Positions 60,720-64,000 of a DNA stretch of 64,000 bases are shown here, piece by piece. This stretch comes from Torpedo marmorata. Its lineage: Eukaryota. The translations under genes were made by a program, and so were the position numbers. How positions within the stretch are numbered: position 1 is the stretch's first letter; every line of letters begins with the position of its first letter. The stretch is taken from contig OZ360242.1 of the NCBI GenBank assembly GCA_977017645.1, forward strand, positions 38,378,001 to 38,442,000. The letters run 5' to 3'. The notes beneath the pieces are model-generated. The model made no database searches, was not told where the DNA came from, and saw only the letters and a program-made list of their open reading frames with translations.

Positions 60720-62173
60720 TTAAACTCTTTATAAAATTCTGATGGAAATCCATCTTCACCTGGAGATTTAACACTCGTTAAAGAAGTAAGAACTTCATTA
60801 ACTTCCCTCATTGAGAAAGGTAAATCTAAAGATTCTCTATTTTGGGTATTTAATTTAGGTAGTGTAATTTTAGATAAAAATCTAATAATTTTAGAATCAT
60901 CTTGATCAATCTGAGATTTATATAAATTCAAATAATAATCTTTAAAAGAATCATTTATTTCTTGAGGTTTATAAGTTATTTCCCTAGAATTCTTTTTCCT
61001 TATAGCATTTATAGTTCTAGAAGTTTGATCTTTTTTTAATTGCCATGCCAAAACTTTATGTGCTCTTTCTCCTAACTCATAATATCTTTGTTTAGTTCCT
61101 TCAATTAATTTTTCCATTTTATATGTTTGTAATAAATTATAATGTAATTTTTTCCCAACTAAATTATTCCTTTTTTGAACTGATCTATTTTTTTGTAAAT
61201 CTTTTTCCAAACACTCAATCTCCTTCTCTAAATTGTCTACTTCCCTAAGATAATCCTTCTTAATTTTTGCTGAATAACTTATTATTTGACCTCTTAAATA
61301 AGCTTTTAAAGCTTCCCAAATAATAAATTTATTATCAGTAGAATTAGAATTTATTTGTAAAAATTCCTGAATTTCCCTTCTCATATAATCACAAAAATCT
61401 TTTCTTTTTAATAAAGAAGAATTAAATCTCCAGCTATATACAGTTTGTTCTTTTTCCGGAATTATACAAGATATTAATAAAGGTGAATGATCAGAAATTA
61501 TTCTCGCTTTATAAGATGCTTGCGTTATTCTATCTTGAACCTGTGAGGACAATAAAAATAAATCTATCCTAGAATATGAATCATGTCTAAAAGAATAAAA
61601 AGAATAATCTTTTTCTCTAGGATTCAATTTCCTCCAAATATCTATTAAATTTAAATCTTTCATCAAAGTAAGAACTCTTTTAGCAATTTTAGTTTTAGCA
61701 AGTGATCTTGAAGTTTTATCCATTATTGAATCTAAACAACAATTGAAATCTCCACCAATTAAAATATTCTCATTAGCTTCTGACAAATGTAAAAAAGAAT
61801 CTTGAATAAACTGTTCATCATCTGCATTTGGTACATACAAATTCATAAGTGTCCAGAGTTCTGAGTAAATCTGACAATGTACCAAAACATATCTACCTGC
61901 CACATTTATAATTACCGATTGTATCTTAAAAGGTAACTTTTTATTAATTAATATAGCTACCCCTCTTGCTTTAGAATTAAATGAAGAAGCCACCACTTGA
62001 CCAACCCATTCTCTTTTTAGTTTCTGATGTTCCAAATCTATCAAATGCGTCTCTTGTAAAAAAGCTATATCTACATTCAACTTTTTAATATGCGCTAAAG
62101 TTCTCTTTCTTTTAATCGGATTGTTAAGCCCATTTATATTAATACTTACTACATTTATTTTCTTACTATCCAT
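60720..62173 (-). pseudogene. L1 ORF2 N-half (APE endonuclease + linker), open up to the inversion point
   Basis: SININGLN, FLQETH, GGDFN, SRIDLF, SDHSP, KSPGEDGFPSEFYKEF. Confidence 0.94.
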
Positions 62174-62454
62174 CGTTACTAAATTTTATCAAATCTCTTT
62201 CGATCAAATCCACCAGCTCCTTCCTCCAAAGTTGTAAACTATTTGGCATCTCCTTAAAGAAAATAAAGAAAAATAAGAAAGAAAAGAAAAAACAAAACCC
62301 CGATGAATAAAATACGGGTGAAGTTACCCCAGTATTATTCCCCTCCATTGCTCGAGAAGTGGCTTACGCCACTAAAGTGGTGTATGGCTAGGAAGAAGAG
62401 ACAAAAAGTCCACCTCCCCCCAACAGATTTTACAAAACATTTATAATCATAACT

Positions 62455-63118
62455 TCATTTAACTGTTCCAATATCCACATTATCTTGATCTTCTTCAATC
62501 TGAACTTCAATTTCCTCCTCTTTTCGTGAAGTACTTGGCAAAGAAACTTGTGGTGGTGAACTCTCTTGACCTTGTTGATAAACCATCCCATCTTGACCTT
62601 TCTTCAAGTAAGGAAGAGATTGTGCATACAGTAGCGCTTGTTGGGGATCCAAAAAAGAAATGAAACGATTTTCTTCAGTTTGAATTTTCAAAGCCGCAGG
62701 GTATCTAAAAGAAAACTTATACCCTGTTTGCCAAAGAAGCGTTTTTGTTGAATTAAATTCTTTCTGACTTTTAACTACCGTTGAGCTCAAATCAGGATAA
62801 AAGAAAACTCTATTATCATTAACCATCAGTGGAGGTTTTTTCATTTTCGCATTTTGAATGGCTGCTCTTAATATTTTTTCTCTATCTTGATATCGAAGAC
62901 ATTTAATCAAAACTGGACGTGGTCTTTGATCAATATATTGATTTCGTCTCCCATTTCTATGTGCTCTTTCCAACTCCACTGGCTTATCCAAAGGCAAAAC
63001 CTGCAAAAGCCAATCTTGAAAAAATTCAGTTATATCTTGTTTTTCAAAATTTTCAGGAAGTCCCACAATTTTAATATTATTTCTCCGGCTTTGATTTTCC
63101 AATTGATCCAATTTTTGT
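62455..63118 (-). pseudogene. L1 ORF1 (RRM/CTD half, 5'-truncated)
   Basis: LENQSRRNNIKIVGLPE, LERAHR, RPRPVLIK, FYPDLS, YPAAL. Confidence 0.92.
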
Positions 63119-63120
63119 AA

Positions 63121-64000
63121 AGTTTAAAGATTTATTGATACCTCCGTATATGGATGTATTGAATCAAATTACGGAAACCCATTCATTACCGGATACATTT
63201 TTAAATGCAAGAATTACAGTTATACCTAAAAAAGATAGAGATGTATTGAAAACGGAATCATATAGACCTATTTCATTGTTAAATGTAGATTATAAGATAA
63301 TGGCAAAAATTTTAGCAAATAGAATGGCTAATTATTTCCCAGATTTAATTCATGTAGATCAAGCTGGTTTTATTAAAAATAGATATTCAAAAGACAATAT
63401 AGCTAGATTAATTAGTTTAATTAATCTACATAAAAAGAAGGAAGATTTACCATTAGTATTAACGCTAGATGCTGAAAAGGCTTTTGATAGATTAGAGTGG
63501 AATTTTTTATTTAAGGTATTGGAGAAATTTGGTTTTGGAACGACATTTATTAATTGGATTAAACTATATATAAAGAACCATCCGCTAAAGTAATTACAAA
63601 TGGACACATTTCTTCAAGATTTCCCCTGACTAGATCTACTAGACAAGGATGCCCTTTGTCACCAGCGTTATTTATTTTGGCGATAGAACCTTTGGCAGAA
63701 TTAGTTAGAAAAGATCCTAAAATAGTTGGTATTAAAGTTGGAATGGAAGAACATAAAATTAGTTTATTTGCAGATGATGTATTGATATATATGACAAAAT
63801 CTATTACATCTTTAGTACAATTGTCTGCATTATTGAGAGAATATGGGGAAATATCTGGATATAAAATTAACTGATAAAAGTGAAATTATGGCATTATCAC
63901 AAGGGGATTATAGTAAGTGTAAAGAAATTACACAATTTAAATGGGCAAAAGAAGGAATTAAATATTTGGGAATAAAGATTGATACAAAATTGGCTAATTT
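63121..64000 (+). pseudogene. L1 ORF2 RT domain (forward segment), frameshifted near 63580 and 63872
   Basis: YRPISLLNVDYKI, DQAGFI, LDAEKAFDR, TRQGCPLSP, LFADD. Confidence 0.94.

Larger units (their letters stand above)
60720..64000. mobile_element. L1 (LINE-1) with inverted 5' segment; runs off the window
   Basis: Minus strand carries ORF1 and the ORF2 N-half; plus strand continues ORF2 from the same codon. Confidence 0.95.

Overview
Eukaryotic, AT-rich vertebrate genomic DNA. The repeat landscape (CR1 LINEs, tRNA-derived V-SINE/HE1-type SINEs, Deu-SINE, Penelope-like fragments) points to a cartilaginous fish (shark/ray); that is inference. Bases 1-~33,130 hold the 3' half of RBFOX1 (A2BP1/Fox-1) on the + strand, read by hand from splice sites: mutually exclusive exons B40 (379-418) and M43 (3524-3566), a 65-nt exon (5562-5626), the frame-switching 53-nt exon A53/E19 (13197-13249), a 76-nt exon (30997-31072), a last exon with two acceptors (31367/31445) ending ...RFAPY*, and a ~1.6-kb 3'UTR. 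The ORF track does not recover this gene (only the B40 peptide appears, inside ORF 260-478). Inside a ~7-kb transposon-poor intron block around A53 are two candidate microexons I do not recognise from annotation (33 nt at 10599-10631, 9 nt at 14103-14111). The 9-nt one would be coding with A53 and a premature stop without it. Downstream (33.5-64 kb) is intergenic and dense in transposons: a near full-length CR1 with a 5' array of ~110-bp monomers, an L1 with a twin-priming 5' inversion, Rex1/Babar-like LINEs, Tc1/Tigger and hAT MITEs, a solo LTR, and several Penelope-like termini carrying minimal hammerhead-ribozyme motifs. There are no prokaryotic features. TE boundaries are approximate unless a TSD or TIR is quoted, and comparisons to mammalian sequence are from memory, not from a search.
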